Shown here: positions 34,464 to 44,114 of the stretch, in pieces
Layout of the letters: each line of letters starts with the position of its first letter
How positions within the stretch are numbered: the stretch's first letter is position 1
Virus record (IMG/VR): IMGVR_UViG_3300027970_000001
Coordinates: 75,211 to 139,210 of that record
Source: a virus
Length of the DNA: 64,000 nucleotides
Reading direction: 5' to 3' (one strand)
Program-made: the position numbers and the translations under genes
The notes under the pieces: generated by a model
What the model saw: only the letters and a program-made list of their open reading frames with translations
What the model was told of the DNA's origin: nothing
Databases searched by the model: none

Positions 34464-35117
34464 CTATGCGTCTGACGGGGCAGGGATATCGGACGGGGCC
34501 CACGCCATCGAGAACTCCCGATCTCGGAACATCTCCGCGATGCCGGTGATTTGCCTCAGACGAAGCACCTCGTCCGGGTCCATCCCCAGCTCTTTCGAGA
34601 TCTTCGCCTCGTCCCACCCCCGCTTCACCAACTCCGCCACGATGCTCGACATCTGCTCGACGCCATGCTTGCCTCGCGCGCGGTTGTGCCTGATGGTCGA
34701 TGCCATCCGGTCATGCACGCCAACCCTGTCTGACCGAATCTGAACAATCGGCAGGTAGCCGCCCAGTTTGTCTTTGATCGGCCCCTTCTCTTTGCCAACG
34801 CACGACCGGTGGAAGCCGTCGACCACCTCGAAGCCGGTCGCCTCCTTGTTCACGACCACAGGCTGCGTGTATCCGTCTGATTCCACGGACAGGCGAAGCA
34901 GGTCCATCTCCGGTGCGGCGACGCTGTTCGGATTATACGCGTTCGCCACAACCTCGGTCCCACGCACCCAAAGCACACAATCGACCGGCTCGGCAGCGAA
35001 AGGAGAGTGCTCCGAGAGGGCCTGCCTGATCTGATTGATGGCGTCGATGCGATCTGCCGTCGGCAGCTCACCGAGCTTCGCAAACAGCTCCCGGGCCTGA
35101 GCTACAAGATGTTCCAT
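34464..35117 (-). CDS. ibrB: IbrB/YbdM-like ParB-family protein
   Basis: ANAYNPNSVA..EM.LL..S...DGYTQPVV...VVDGFHR...RMASTIRHNRARGKH. Confidence 0.85.
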   Translation of the reverse strand: MEHLVAQARELFAKLGELPTADRIDAINQIRQALSEHSPFAAEPVDCVLWVRGTEVVANAYNPNSVAAPEMDLLRLSVESDGYTQPVVVNKEATGFEVVDGFHRSCVGKEKGPIKDKLGGYLPIVQIRSDRVGVHDRMASTIRHNRARGKHGVEQMSSIVAELVKRGWDEAKISKELGMDPDEVLRLRQITGIAEMFRDREFSMAWAPSDIPAPSDA

Positions 35118-36316
35118 TCCACCCTCTTCCGCTTCATGCGGTCCATGTACGTGTCGTAGGCGCCCGACTTGTGCTGAGCGAATCCAAGGCCCTTGCACCA
35201 CCAGTCGTTGCGCAAGATCGTCTTGCATACCCGTCGCCACGAGGGCGCCTTGCGGCTCGCTTCTTCCGCAGGAGGCGCCGTGTCAGGGATGCCTTCGGGG
35301 TACCCACGCGCCTCGTACCACCTGATGAAAACAGAGATTTTGCTGCGGTAGTGCTCGGATGCGTGAGGAGGCAGGGACTCCAGCAGTGACATGGCGAAGT
35401 CTTTGTAGGACACGCACGACTCGGGCAGGCTGACAGCCCCGACGCCGTTGACGTTTCCCTTCTCCTTCACGTACAGCGCGCCTCCGTTGACGCCAGCGAC
35501 ACGAGCCACGACGCGCGCCCAAGTTGCAGGCTCCATGATGTGGTAGAGCCACAGGCCCTTGCGCTGGTCGTCGCCGTAGGGCTGGCAGATGCGCATCTGG
35601 TGCGGCGTCAGGCCAGCGGCGAACATCAGGTCGTAGACCTTGTTGTACGGGGCTCCGGTGACCGCGTGGTAGTGCCAGATGTCGTCAACGTGCCAGTCAT
35701 AGATCGGATACGCGTTGTAGGCGTTCTCAGACAGCCTCGTCGTCCAGCACAGGCCCTCGTGCGTCTCCTTTTCATCAGAGGCGATGGTTCTGAAACGGTT
35801 GATTGACTCGTCCGTTCGGATGCCGACGAAACACGCCGTGTGCTTTCCATGCGCGTACCACTCGCCAAAATCAGCGATCAGGTCTTCAAACTCCATCCCC
35901 CGCTTGAACCAGGGGAAGGTGCCCTCGTCCGTGATTGCGACACTCGGCGGCTGCCTGACCCACTTGTCCTTGGCAGACGGATCCCAGCACGTCCACTTCG
36001 GCTCGAACACGCTCACCCCGTTGCGCAGGCCAATGGGCAGCGCAAGCCAGTACGGATCGACGATGTCGGCGTTCTTCTCGTAGCAGGACAAGACGAAGTC
36101 GACGGTGGCGGTGTACTGAGCTTCCAGGTCGATGAACAGCAAGCCGACCTTGCGCGACCTGGCCCGCGCCTCTTCCAGCACGAGGGCGAGCATGACCGTC
36201 GAGTCCTTGCCGCCAGAAAACGAGACGTAGATGCGCTCGAAGTCGTCGAATACCCTTGAAATCCTGCTCTTGGCGGCCGTCAGCACGTCAACATCAAGCT
36301 GAGCCTTCTTCTTCAA
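35102..36316 (-). CDS. ibrA: IbrA/YbdN-like PAPS-reductase-family protein (DUF3440)
   Basis: YVSFSGGKDS, IDLEAQY, VGIRTDES..R, YPIYDW, MRICQPYGDDQRKGL, SWRRVCK.IL.ND.WCKGL. Confidence 0.9.
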   Translation of the reverse strand: MKKKAQLDVDVLTAAKSRISRVFDDFERIYVSFSGGKDSTVMLALVLEEARARSRKVGLLFIDLEAQYTATVDFVLSCYEKNADIVDPYWLALPIGLRNGVSVFEPKWTCWDPSAKDKWVRQPPSVAITDEGTFPWFKRGMEFEDLIADFGEWYAHGKHTACFVGIRTDESINRFRTIASDEKETHEGLCWTTRLSENAYNAYPIYDWHVDDIWHYHAVTGAPYNKVYDLMFAAGLTPHQMRICQPYGDDQRKGLWLYHIMEPATWARVVARVAGVNGGALYVKEKGNVNGVGAVSLPESCVSYKDFAMSLLESLPPHASEHYRSKISVFIRWYEARGYPEGIPDTAPPAEEASRKAPSWRRVCKTILRNDWWCKGLGFAQHKSGAYDTYMDRMKRKRVEWNIL

Positions 36317-37947
36317 GAGGGCGCCCCCTGAGACATCTCAAGGAAGAGCAGCGACGCGTCGGTCGCCGTGAGATAGTCCGCGGTCTTGATGCGGTGCAGG
36401 AGCCCGTGGATGGCCCGCTTGTCGGCGCCTGGTGCGTAGCTTGCGCAAGCGAGGTCTGCTTCGACGCCCTTGACGATCAGGTATGGCCGCACGGAGCGCA
36501 GGAAATCTGGCACATGAGCCTGGAGGATGCCGAAGGAGTGGAACGGCCGCGCCTCTCCGACGGGTGGCCGCGTGGTCACAGTCGTGCAGATGGAGGGCCC
36601 GATGACCAGCCGCATGTCTTCGAGGGCATCGCGGTCTGCGGCGCCGAACACGACGGCCGTCTGGAAATACTCCGACTTGCCCCTGGCCTCCCTGAGCATG
36701 ACGATGCTTCCATCTCCGTCGAGCATTCCAGCGAGCCACGCGCGGTGAGCCGACGACGGCTCGTGGGGCACCGCGGGGCGTCCGGCGATCTCTGCCGCCC
36801 TGGATCTTGCTTCGGAGTCGCCCTTCTTGATCTGGCTGGAGAGGCGTTGGATCTCGAAGTCAGCTTCCGTGGCTCGGTAGTGCGCAGCGTGAGCAGACCT
36901 GTTTGCGATCTCCAGGGCCAAGTACGCCTCCAGCCGCTTGCCGCGAAGCAAGGGGGCCAGGGCTCCAAGAAGCAGGCGTACCTTGTCCTTCCCAGACACG
37001 GTAATGGAGTAGAACTCCCTCTGCGACATCCGTTCGCTCGCTTTTGGAGCGCGGACGTTCATCGTCGGCGTGGATCCGATGATGCCGGTGACGATCTGCG
37101 AGACGCGATCCATCGCAGGGCGGTTCACCAGGCCCACGGTCACGGTCACGATGACGTTGTTCGGACGGCTGGTATGCCGACGGATGTGGAAGCACCCCTC
37201 GGCATCCATCAATCCAGCGAACCATGCCATGTCGGCGTCGGTGTCCCCCATGGGGGAAGGACGTAACACCGAAGGTTGCAAACCGCAAGGGGCGTCTGTT
37301 TGCCGGGGGACCTTTCGCGGCTCACGAAGTGGCGGCCGGAACCCGGTTGCGAGCAACTGACGCCACTTGAAGGAATCGAGCCACTCGCCAAGGCGGACGA
37401 CATCCGACTGATGGTTTACCGACACGTTCCATGTGCCGGACTTTTTCCCAAACCGCATTGTGGCAGTAATGCCTTGCGATTCGATCTGCTGCTTGACCCA
37501 TGTCGACAGCACGGTGTCTTTTTGCGAGAAGACAAACAATCCCCAGCGTTTTCCTGGGTATCTGGCGTCTTTTCTCACCGTGAAGCAGCCATCCGTCTCG
37601 ACAAGTCCGCGAAGGAACTGACGACGGAACTCTGGCGAGTCGTTCACCCAGGCCGGCGGAACCATCGAACCGTCAGGAGACCTTTTGGAGGAGACCCCAA
37701 ACACATCATGGACGTTTCTGACGTTGATGTAAATCTCGAAGAACGGTGTTTTTGTGGTCCTTTTCTGGCACTCGTTGAACCTGCCGAAGACGACCGTGAA
37801 CAGGCGTTTTATCTCAGCCCTCCACGCCGGATACTTGTCGCCGGAGCACATGGCGACGCGGTACGTGGACGCGCGCGGCACCGGGGTGATGTAGCCATCG
37901 CCGTAGATTGCCCCGAGCAGAAGGGCCAAGTCGGCCGATGCAATCAT
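36313..37947 (-). mobile_element. free-standing LAGLIDADG homing endonuclease with four motifs
   Basis: LLGAIYGDG, LRGLVETDG, FAGLMDAEG, LAGMLDGDG; locally more AT-rich codons. Confidence 0.85.
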
Positions 37948-37988
37948 GCCGCGCACGCTACAAGCGATGCGGCGAGAGGTCAACGCGG

Positions 37989-38027
37989 CAAAAGCAAAGC
38001 GCCCCCTCGGTTGCCCGAGGAGGCGCT
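37989..38027 (-). terminator. intrinsic terminator after the putative major capsid gene
   Basis: AGCGCCTCCTCGG-GCAA-CCGAGGGGGCGCT followed by TTGCTTTT. Confidence 0.8.
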
Positions 38028-38063
38028 CTCTGACAGCGCTGTTAGGCGGCTGCCGCCGACGAC

Positions 38064-38858
38064 TCAGAGGACGTCGCGCGAGTGGATGCCGTCGATGAGG
38101 TACTTGATGTCCTTCTCGATGTCATCCGAGCCCTGGACCGACACGCCGGTGCCGGCGCCGTAGCCCACGTCGGTCGTCGGCGCGTTCTGGCCGATCGAGC
38201 CGGCGGGGCCGTTGTCCGGCACGAGGCCGTTGAGCTGCTCGATGATCGACGCGCCGACCGTCTGCCCGATGGGCGACAGGATCGCGACGACCTGGAAGCC
38301 CTGGCGGGGCGGGATCAGGACCGGACGGGCCAGCCGCATGAGCGCCGACGACGTCGGAACGCCGTTGTTCGCGCGGGGCAGGCGGGTGTCCGCGAAGAAG
38401 CCGTCCAGGCCACCAGCGAACGGCGTGTACGCCGTGAAGGTGGTGAGCTGGGGCTTGTCACCGGCCGTGAGCTGCCAGAAGATCTGGTTCTCGGCCTGGT
38501 GGTACAGCTTGTGGACGCGCAGGACGCGGTCGGGGACCGTGCCGTTGACCGCCGAAGCGAGCGGCGCCGACGCGTTCGCGGCGCCGATGTTGTACTGCGC
38601 TTCCAGGTTGACCCGGAAGTACGTCCAGACGCGGACCGCGAGGGTCACGAAGGTCTGGTCGGAGGGGAAGAACCCGCCGGTGGTCAGGTTCGAGATGGAG
38701 ACATCCGCACCCTGACGGGTGAAGAGCTGCATCCGGCCCTGCATCGCGCCGAAGAGACCGGCGTTGCGGCTGCGGAGGTTCTGATTGCCATCCACGCGGA
38801 TGAGCGAATCGTAGAAGGGCTGATGAACGCGCTCTCGGGTACCAACGATCTTCGGCAT
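38064..38858 (-). CDS. putative major capsid protein (jelly-roll type)
   Basis: QPFYDSL...LF...SNLTTGGFFPSDQTFVTLAVRV...LARPVLIPPRQGFQV...YLIDG; strongly biased codons, own terminator, structured leader. Confidence 0.55.
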   Translation of the reverse strand: MPKIVGTRERVHQPFYDSLIRVDGNQNLRSRNAGLFGAMQGRMQLFTRQGADVSISNLTTGGFFPSDQTFVTLAVRVWTYFRVNLEAQYNIGAANASAPLASAVNGTVPDRVLRVHKLYHQAENQIFWQLTAGDKPQLTTFTAYTPFAGGLDGFFADTRLPRANNGVPTSSALMRLARPVLIPPRQGFQVVAILSPIGQTVGASIIEQLNGLVPDNGPAGSIGQNAPTTDVGYGAGTGVSVQGSDDIEKDIKYLIDGIHSRDVL

Positions 38859-39051
38859 TGTCGTGTCTCTCTCAATGTCCTCGGTGAAGACGCCTAAACA
38901 GGTTTATTCCGTCACCGAGTTAGCTCGTCCGCTGGGCGAGCACCCCGCTAGTTATCGTCACCCAGCCTCACCATGAGGAGAGTGACTGCGACCCGATTCC
39001 CCGTAGCGGTACAGGGTTTTCGCCGGCCAAGCTATCGGGTCGCAGAGCTTT

Positions 39052-39750
39052 TCAAAGTCCCGGGGTCGTAAACAGGTTCCGGGAGAAACTGCCGCCAGTC
39101 CAAAGCGGCTCTTGCGTGAACGGGATCGAGACCTTCTTGAACTCGGGCCAGTTCGTGGCAGGGACCGCGACGTCCGTCGGGATCACCGTGCTGAAAGCTT
39201 CGGGCTGGCTCTCCAGACCGAACGCCGAGACCTCATCGTTGCTACCAAGTCCCAGCATGCCCTTGTACGGAGCACCATAGTGACTGATATCATACCCGAT
39301 GCCAAGTCCCAAACTGCTCGGGCCGTAATATTGTCCAACGCCGCTCGTCGCGGGGGGCGAAACGGGGGCCGGCGTCGTGAGCGACGCGTTGACCTCGGCC
39401 TGCGCCACCTTGGTGAACTGCTGGAGGAGCGGAAGCGCCGCCGCCATCGTCGAGCCCACCAGGATTGCTTGAAGCGACTCCGCCACAAGGGACTCCTTGG
39501 ACGTGTCGGCGAACCAGAGGGCCGTCAGCGAGGCCGCAACGGCCGCCGTGGTCACACCCGCCTGCTCGCTCTCACCCACAACCGGAAACTTGCTCTCGGC
39601 AACAAGGCCACCGGCCCACTTGGTGGCCAGGTAGGCAACGCTGCCCATGCTCACAGGCAGGAGAACCTCGCTGATGAGATCCTTGCCGAACACCGGGTTC
39701 CGACGCATCTCGCGACGCGCGCGGCGAATGTTACGACGATTGGACTTCAT
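39052..39750 (-). CDS. membrane protein with basic N-terminus; paralog of the 39782-42454 C-terminal part
   Basis: MKSNRR...MRRNP, hydrophobic helices, GVGQYY, STVIPTDVA.P...G.FS..LF...GL. Confidence 0.75.
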   Translation of the reverse strand: MKSNRRNIRRARREMRRNPVFGKDLISEVLLPVSMGSVAYLATKWAGGLVAESKFPVVGESEQAGVTTAAVAASLTALWFADTSKESLVAESLQAILVGSTMAAALPLLQQFTKVAQAEVNASLTTPAPVSPPATSGVGQYYGPSSLGLGIGYDISHYGAPYKGMLGLGSNDEVSAFGLESQPEAFSTVIPTDVAVPATNWPEFKKVSIPFTQEPLWTGGSFSRNLFTTPGL

Positions 39751-39781
39751 GGTCTGGTTCTCCTGCCTATTCGCTTTCAGA

Positions 39782-42454
39782 TCAGAGGCCGCTCATGCCC
39801 GAGAAGATGGTCCCCGAGAAGAGACCCGACTCGTAGCCGCGCGACTCGGGCGTGACGATCGAGGTCTTGACCTTGCGGTCGTAGGGGATCGTCTTGGACA
39901 CGGGCTCAGCGATGTCCGTCGGGATGACGGTCGACTCGAAGCCCACGGGGTTCCGGTTGTACATGGCCTCAAGCGACGCGTCCGCCTCGCCCTCGCCATA
40001 CGCCACCGGAAGGACCTCGCCCATGCCGGCGGCGGCCTCGTTGAAGCCAGCGGCGGCTTCCATCGCGTCCATCAGGCCATCGGCGCCGGCCGCGGCGTAG
40101 AACGTCCCCATGCCGCTCATCGGCTGATTCACGTACTCGCCGATGCCCGCCGTCGCGTACTCGGTCCCCAGGCCGCTCATCGGCTGGTTGACGTACTCGC
40201 CCACGCCCGCCGCAGCGTACATCGTGCCGAGGCCGCTCATCGGCTGGTTGACGTACTCGCCCACGCCCGCCGCAGCGTACATCGTGCCGAGGCCGTTCAT
40301 CGGCTGATTCACGTACTCGCCGAAGCCGCTCATCGGCTGGTTGACGTACTCGCCCAATCCGGCGAGCGACTGCGCCCACGGCTGCGTCGGAGCAAGGCGC
40401 GCGAGGGCCATGCCCGCGAGCGACGCGCCCATGCCGGCCAGCGAGTAGCCGACGACCTGGCGGAACATCGCCGCGTTCTCGTCGGTGCCCTTGATCATCG
40501 GAAGCGCCGCCGCAGTGGCCGCGATGCCGACCGCGTTGGTCGCCATGCGGGTCTTCCACGCCGCATCCGCCGCCACGCCGCGATCAAGCAGGTTGCGGAC
40601 GCCCTCGGACGAGGCCGCCGCGCCAGCGAGCACGCGAGCGATGATGACGCCCGAAAGCACGCCCACGCCCGGGACGAGGATCCCGCTCACCACCGGCGTG
40701 CCGGCGATGGCAAGAGCGTTCCGGCGAAGCCGACGGTGGCCCTTGCGGCTGCTGCGACGATTCATGACGACGTACTTCGGGTTCTTCTTCACGGCCTTCT
40801 TGCTCGTACGCTTGGAGGTCTTCTTGCGCTTCGGCGCCATCAGGCGCGAGGCGAGCCAGCCGCGGCGCTCGCCAGCGGGCATGCTGTGCAGGGCCTGGGC
40901 CGCGCCGCCGAACTTGAACCGCCGGATCGCCGCGTGCGGCAGGACCTGCGGAGACATCAGGACCGGGTAGCCGCCCTTGCCGTGCTTGTACTCGATGACC
41001 TGGTGAAGCTTGCCGGACGCTCGCAGCTTGCCGCTCTTGGGAGCGCGGCTCACGCGCTGCGCCAGCACGTTCCGGCGGAGGCGACGGCTGCTCTTGCGGC
41101 TGTGCCGACGGCTGCTCTTGCGGCTGTGCCGACGGCTGCTCTTGCGGCTGTGCTTCCGCGACGTGCGGCGGCGGTTCATCACCACGTACTTCGGGTTCTT
41201 CTTCACGGCCTTCTTGCTCGTCTTCTTCGCCGAGGTCTTCTTGGCGGCGGGGGCCTGCTTGAACCTTCCGCTCATCACCAGGGGGAAGCGGGGGCCGTGC
41301 CCGAACAGGCGCGTCACGCGCGACATCGCCGGGATCTTGCCGCTGCGGAGCAGCTTCACGATCGAGGCTTCCTGACCGCGGCGGCGGCGGCCGAAAAAGC
41401 CGACCTTGCGGCTGGACTTCTTGCTGGACTTCTTGCTGGACTTCTTTGCCATGGACTTACTCTTGCTGGAGGTCTTCTTCGCCTTGGCCTTCGCCTTCGG
41501 CTTCGCCTTGCTCGTCTTGGCCTTGGCCTTCACCGTCGGCTTCGGCTTGCTCGTCTTCGCCTTGGCCTTCGCCTTCGGCTTGCTCGTCTTCGCCTTGGCC
41601 TTGGCCTTGGCCTTCGGCTTGCTGGTCTTGGGCTTGGCGGTGCGAGGGGCGCGAACGCGCTCCTTGATCTCCACTTCCACTTCCTCGACCTCAAGAGGTG
41701 CCGCCGACCGACGGCTCGACTTGACGGCCGCCCGAGCCGCAGCCATGCGCTGCTTGCTGGTCTTGGCGCGGGGGCCGGAGGGCGAGCGATCGGCGGCCTC
41801 TAGCGCGGCCTGGCGAGCCCTTTCAGCCGGGCCCTCGTTTCCGTAGGCCATCGCACCAAAGCGAGTCGTCGCCTTGGACGGGTGAACGTAAGTGCCGCGA
41901 CTCTCGGACGCCTTGCGTCGACCGGGGGAAGCGGCGGAAGCGCCCGCCGATCGCGCGTTCTGTTGCATGGCGCGACGCAGCGCCTCGATGTTGTACGCCA
42001 TACCGTCATCTCCTCCGTTGCCCACAAGACGCTCAGGGTGAATCGGCTTGCCGAGCACCGTGCCCCGCTCGTCGACCGAATAGAGCCGAGCCCCCTTGAA
42101 CTTGTCTGCGTTCTTCTGCCGCCACTTCGCGGCCGAGCCGACGCCTTGGTACGCGGGCGACACGTGCCGGTGCCCCATGCCGCGCCCCTCGATCCATTGG
42201 AACGGGTTCTGGCGCGGCTTGCCGGGGTTGATGACGGTCATGTGCGTCACGCCGCCGACATTGGGCTCCATGTTGTTGGACCGCTCGTACTTGCGAGCGG
42301 ACGACTTGGAGCTTTTGTTGTAGACTAGGGCCATTTTGGACGCACTTCGCCTGCTCGACCCTGTTCGCAGGCGAGGCGTGTGCCCCGGGTCTTCGAGCAC
42401 AGGTTTTACCCTGCTCGCCTGCTTGGTGTCAAGCTTGATTCTGAACTTTTTCAT
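39782..42454 (-). CDS. giant basic core/membrane polyprotein (H1-like repeats + TM domain + GEY repeats)
   Basis: AKAKAKTSKPK, KKSS and SRKSSRRH repeats; duplicated KKAVKKNPKYVVMNRR; ATG overlaps the upstream TGA. Confidence 0.8.
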   Translation of the reverse strand: MKKFRIKLDTKQASRVKPVLEDPGHTPRLRTGSSRRSASKMALVYNKSSKSSARKYERSNNMEPNVGGVTHMTVINPGKPRQNPFQWIEGRGMGHRHVSPAYQGVGSAAKWRQKNADKFKGARLYSVDERGTVLGKPIHPERLVGNGGDDGMAYNIEALRRAMQQNARSAGASAASPGRRKASESRGTYVHPSKATTRFGAMAYGNEGPAERARQAALEAADRSPSGPRAKTSKQRMAAARAAVKSSRRSAAPLEVEEVEVEIKERVRAPRTAKPKTSKPKAKAKAKAKTSKPKAKAKAKTSKPKPTVKAKAKTSKAKPKAKAKAKKTSSKSKSMAKKSSKKSSKKSSRKVGFFGRRRRGQEASIVKLLRSGKIPAMSRVTRLFGHGPRFPLVMSGRFKQAPAAKKTSAKKTSKKAVKKNPKYVVMNRRRTSRKHSRKSSRRHSRKSSRRHSRKSSRRLRRNVLAQRVSRAPKSGKLRASGKLHQVIEYKHGKGGYPVLMSPQVLPHAAIRRFKFGGAAQALHSMPAGERRGWLASRLMAPKRKKTSKRTSKKAVKKNPKYVVMNRRSSRKGHRRLRRNALAIAGTPVVSGILVPGVGVLSGVIIARVLAGAAASSEGVRNLLDRGVAADAAWKTRMATNAVGIAATAAALPMIKGTDENAAMFRQVVGYSLAGMGASLAGMALARLAPTQPWAQSLAGLGEYVNQPMSGFGEYVNQPMNGLGTMYAAAGVGEYVNQPMSGLGTMYAAAGVGEYVNQPMSGLGTEYATAGIGEYVNQPMSGMGTFYAAAGADGLMDAMEAAAGFNEAAAGMGEVLPVAYGEGEADASLEAMYNRNPVGFESTVIPTDIAEPVSKTIPYDRKVKTSIVTPESRGYESGLFSGTIFSGMSGL
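40086..40358 (-). repeat. 60-bp tandem coding repeat (GEYVNQPMSGLGTMYAAAGV) x4 plus a partial unit
   Basis: 60-nt periodicity visible on consecutive sequence lines. Confidence 0.9.
41077..41640 (-). repeat. basic low-complexity repeats (24-bp SRKSSRRH x3; KKSS; AKAKAKTSKPK)
   Basis: Direct inspection. Confidence 0.8.
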
Positions 42455-42684
42455 CCAGCGCGCTTCGTCTTGCCGGCGGAGATGGCGGCGGCCTGGTTTT
42501 CGATGGTGGCGCACGCTTGGTTCAGCTCGCTGAACCGCTCCATCATGGCGACGCGTGCGGCTTCGAGGGCCGCCTCAAGAAGAGCTGTGGTTTCATCCAC
42601 GTGCATCGGAACCGGGGCACCGGGGCGGTACGAAGACCGGATCTGATTCAACAAAGCATCTCGTCTTGAAAGATTGGAGCGCAT
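42451..42684 (-). CDS. small helical hypothetical protein
   Basis: Its stop codon overlaps the ATG of the core protein. Confidence 0.5.
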   Translation of the reverse strand: MRSNLSRRDALLNQIRSSYRPGAPVPMHVDETTALLEAALEAARVAMMERFSELNQACATIENQAAAISAGKTKRAG

Positions 42685-42705
42685 GGTGTTTACCCCCTTG
42701 GACTG

Positions 42706-43023
42706 TCACTTGTCTTCGAGTCGGGCTACGGCCGTGGCCAAGTCTGCAACGGCGCGGCTGAGCCTGTTCTGAGCGGACAGGGACTCCTCTTGCATCTGCA
42801 TCAGAGTCACGATCGTCTTCTGGGTATCCTCGACGCGAGCATCGTTGGCCCTGACGAGGTCTCTGCGAAGGCTGGCGATCTCAAAGTTCATTTCGGCGCG
42901 GAGCTTGTCCTCGCGCTTGTATTGGTTGTTGATTGTCCACCAGTAGAGCAAGGCCAGGGCAACAAGGGATGCCCCGACTGGCCCGTCACTCATGAGGATG
43001 CCCAACGCCTGATCGATGATCAT
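42706..43023 (-). CDS. TM + coiled-coil protein (holin-like architecture)
   Basis: N-terminal hydrophobic helix followed by heptads. Confidence 0.55.
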   Translation of the reverse strand: MIIDQALGILMSDGPVGASLVALALLYWWTINNQYKREDKLRAEMNFEIASLRRDLVRANDARVEDTQKTIVTLMQMQEESLSAQNRLSRAVADLATAVARLEDK

Positions 43024-43766
43024 CCGTCGATTCCATCCTTGATGACGCGCAGCTTGCCGCCGGCCATCACGCAGAGGAACCCAACGGACCCATCAGGCTG
43101 AGCCTCGGGGGAGTAGACGGCGATCATGTCGCCCTTGGGGGAGCAGAACAGGTAGGTGTTACGCGGGTTGCACTCGTAGACCTCGCCGTCGTCGTACCGG
43201 CGCACGAAGAAGCCCAGGCACTTGCCGAGCATCGTCATCGCCTTGGGGTAGGACACGGGCGGGCCGCTCCGGTGAACCACAAGGTCGGGAGCCAAAACCC
43301 CGCCGACCTCGTTCTTGGCTAGCTGACGCACCTCGGCAGTTGCGGAGCGCGCAGGCTCGTACATCCGAACGCCGTGGCCAGGCTTGTACTCCTGGTTTTC
43401 GATCGGGTCGTGGACGTGCTTGTAGTCGACGTCCTCGCCGTCCTTGTACCACTTGTCCGTGCGGTACATGACCGACACGCAGTCGCCCACGCAGATCAGC
43501 TCCTTAGGAAGGTCGTGCCGGATCTTGATGAGGCGAAGGGGGTCTTTGGAGTGGAAAGTGTGGTACTTGTCCATCGCCTTCATCAGGTCTGCCGCCGCGT
43601 CCGCCGGCATCTGATCAGGATCGACAGAGGCGCCAAAATCCGTGTTCATGGCGCCGTCGAAGTCCTCGACCTCGTCTCCCTCGGAGACGCGGCCGTTCGG
43701 GCGCATGGATAGGGTTCCGTCGTCGAGCGGATCGAAAAAGTCAGCGCGTCGCATTTCGGTCTCCAA
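43020..43766 (-). CDS. hypothetical protein (MRPN boundary)
   Basis: Coding bias; coupled to neighbours. Confidence 0.7.
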   Translation of the reverse strand: METEMRRADFFDPLDDGTLSMRPNGRVSEGDEVEDFDGAMNTDFGASVDPDQMPADAAADLMKAMDKYHTFHSKDPLRLIKIRHDLPKELICVGDCVSVMYRTDKWYKDGEDVDYKHVHDPIENQEYKPGHGVRMYEPARSATAEVRQLAKNEVGGVLAPDLVVHRSGPPVSYPKAMTMLGKCLGFFVRRYDDGEVYECNPRNTYLFCSPKGDMIAVYSPEAQPDGSVGFLCVMAGGKLRVIKDGIDG

Positions 43767-44088
43767 ACAGCTTGCTGATCAGCCAGCCCGCCGCGAAACC
43801 AACTGCCGCGGGTACTGCCCAGCCACGACCAGTCCCCGACGAATCGTCCACGCCTCCCATGCCAGGAACCCCCGGCATGCGGCGGACTTCGCCCTGACAA
43901 AGATGCTGATGCCCGACGAACTTCGCATCCCGAGGCATCTCTCGGGTGGCCACGTCAGGGTCTAGTCCGATTGGGCTTGTCTGCTTGGGCTTGGGAGCAA
44001 CCGGGTCGTCGCCCACGCTCACCGTGCCTGGCGTCGCAAAGACAGCCCAGGCGTTCTTGTCCCAATCCCATGCGCTGTACAAGGCCAT
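43741..44088 (-). CDS. C-anchored membrane protein
   Basis: PGMGG then TM; TGc-TAAGGT 9 nt upstream. Confidence 0.65.
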   Translation of the reverse strand: MALYSAWDWDKNAWAVFATPGTVSVGDDPVAPKPKQTSPIGLDPDVATREMPRDAKFVGHQHLCQGEVRRMPGVPGMGGVDDSSGTGRGWAVPAAVGFAAGWLISKLFGDRNATR

Positions 44089-44114
44089 GACCGACTCACC
44101 TTAGCACGGGCGTA

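Noticed and set aside
40086-40358. Regular 60-bp repeats as a CRISPR array
   Set aside because: In-frame coding repeats with no unique spacers and no cas genes
38082-41803. Long plus-strand ORFs (38082-38897, 39647-41803) and similar ones at 32587-34449, 52502-53947 and 60052-61497
   Set aside because: Antisense shadows of strongly codon-biased minus-strand genes in GC-rich DNA; no recognisable motifs
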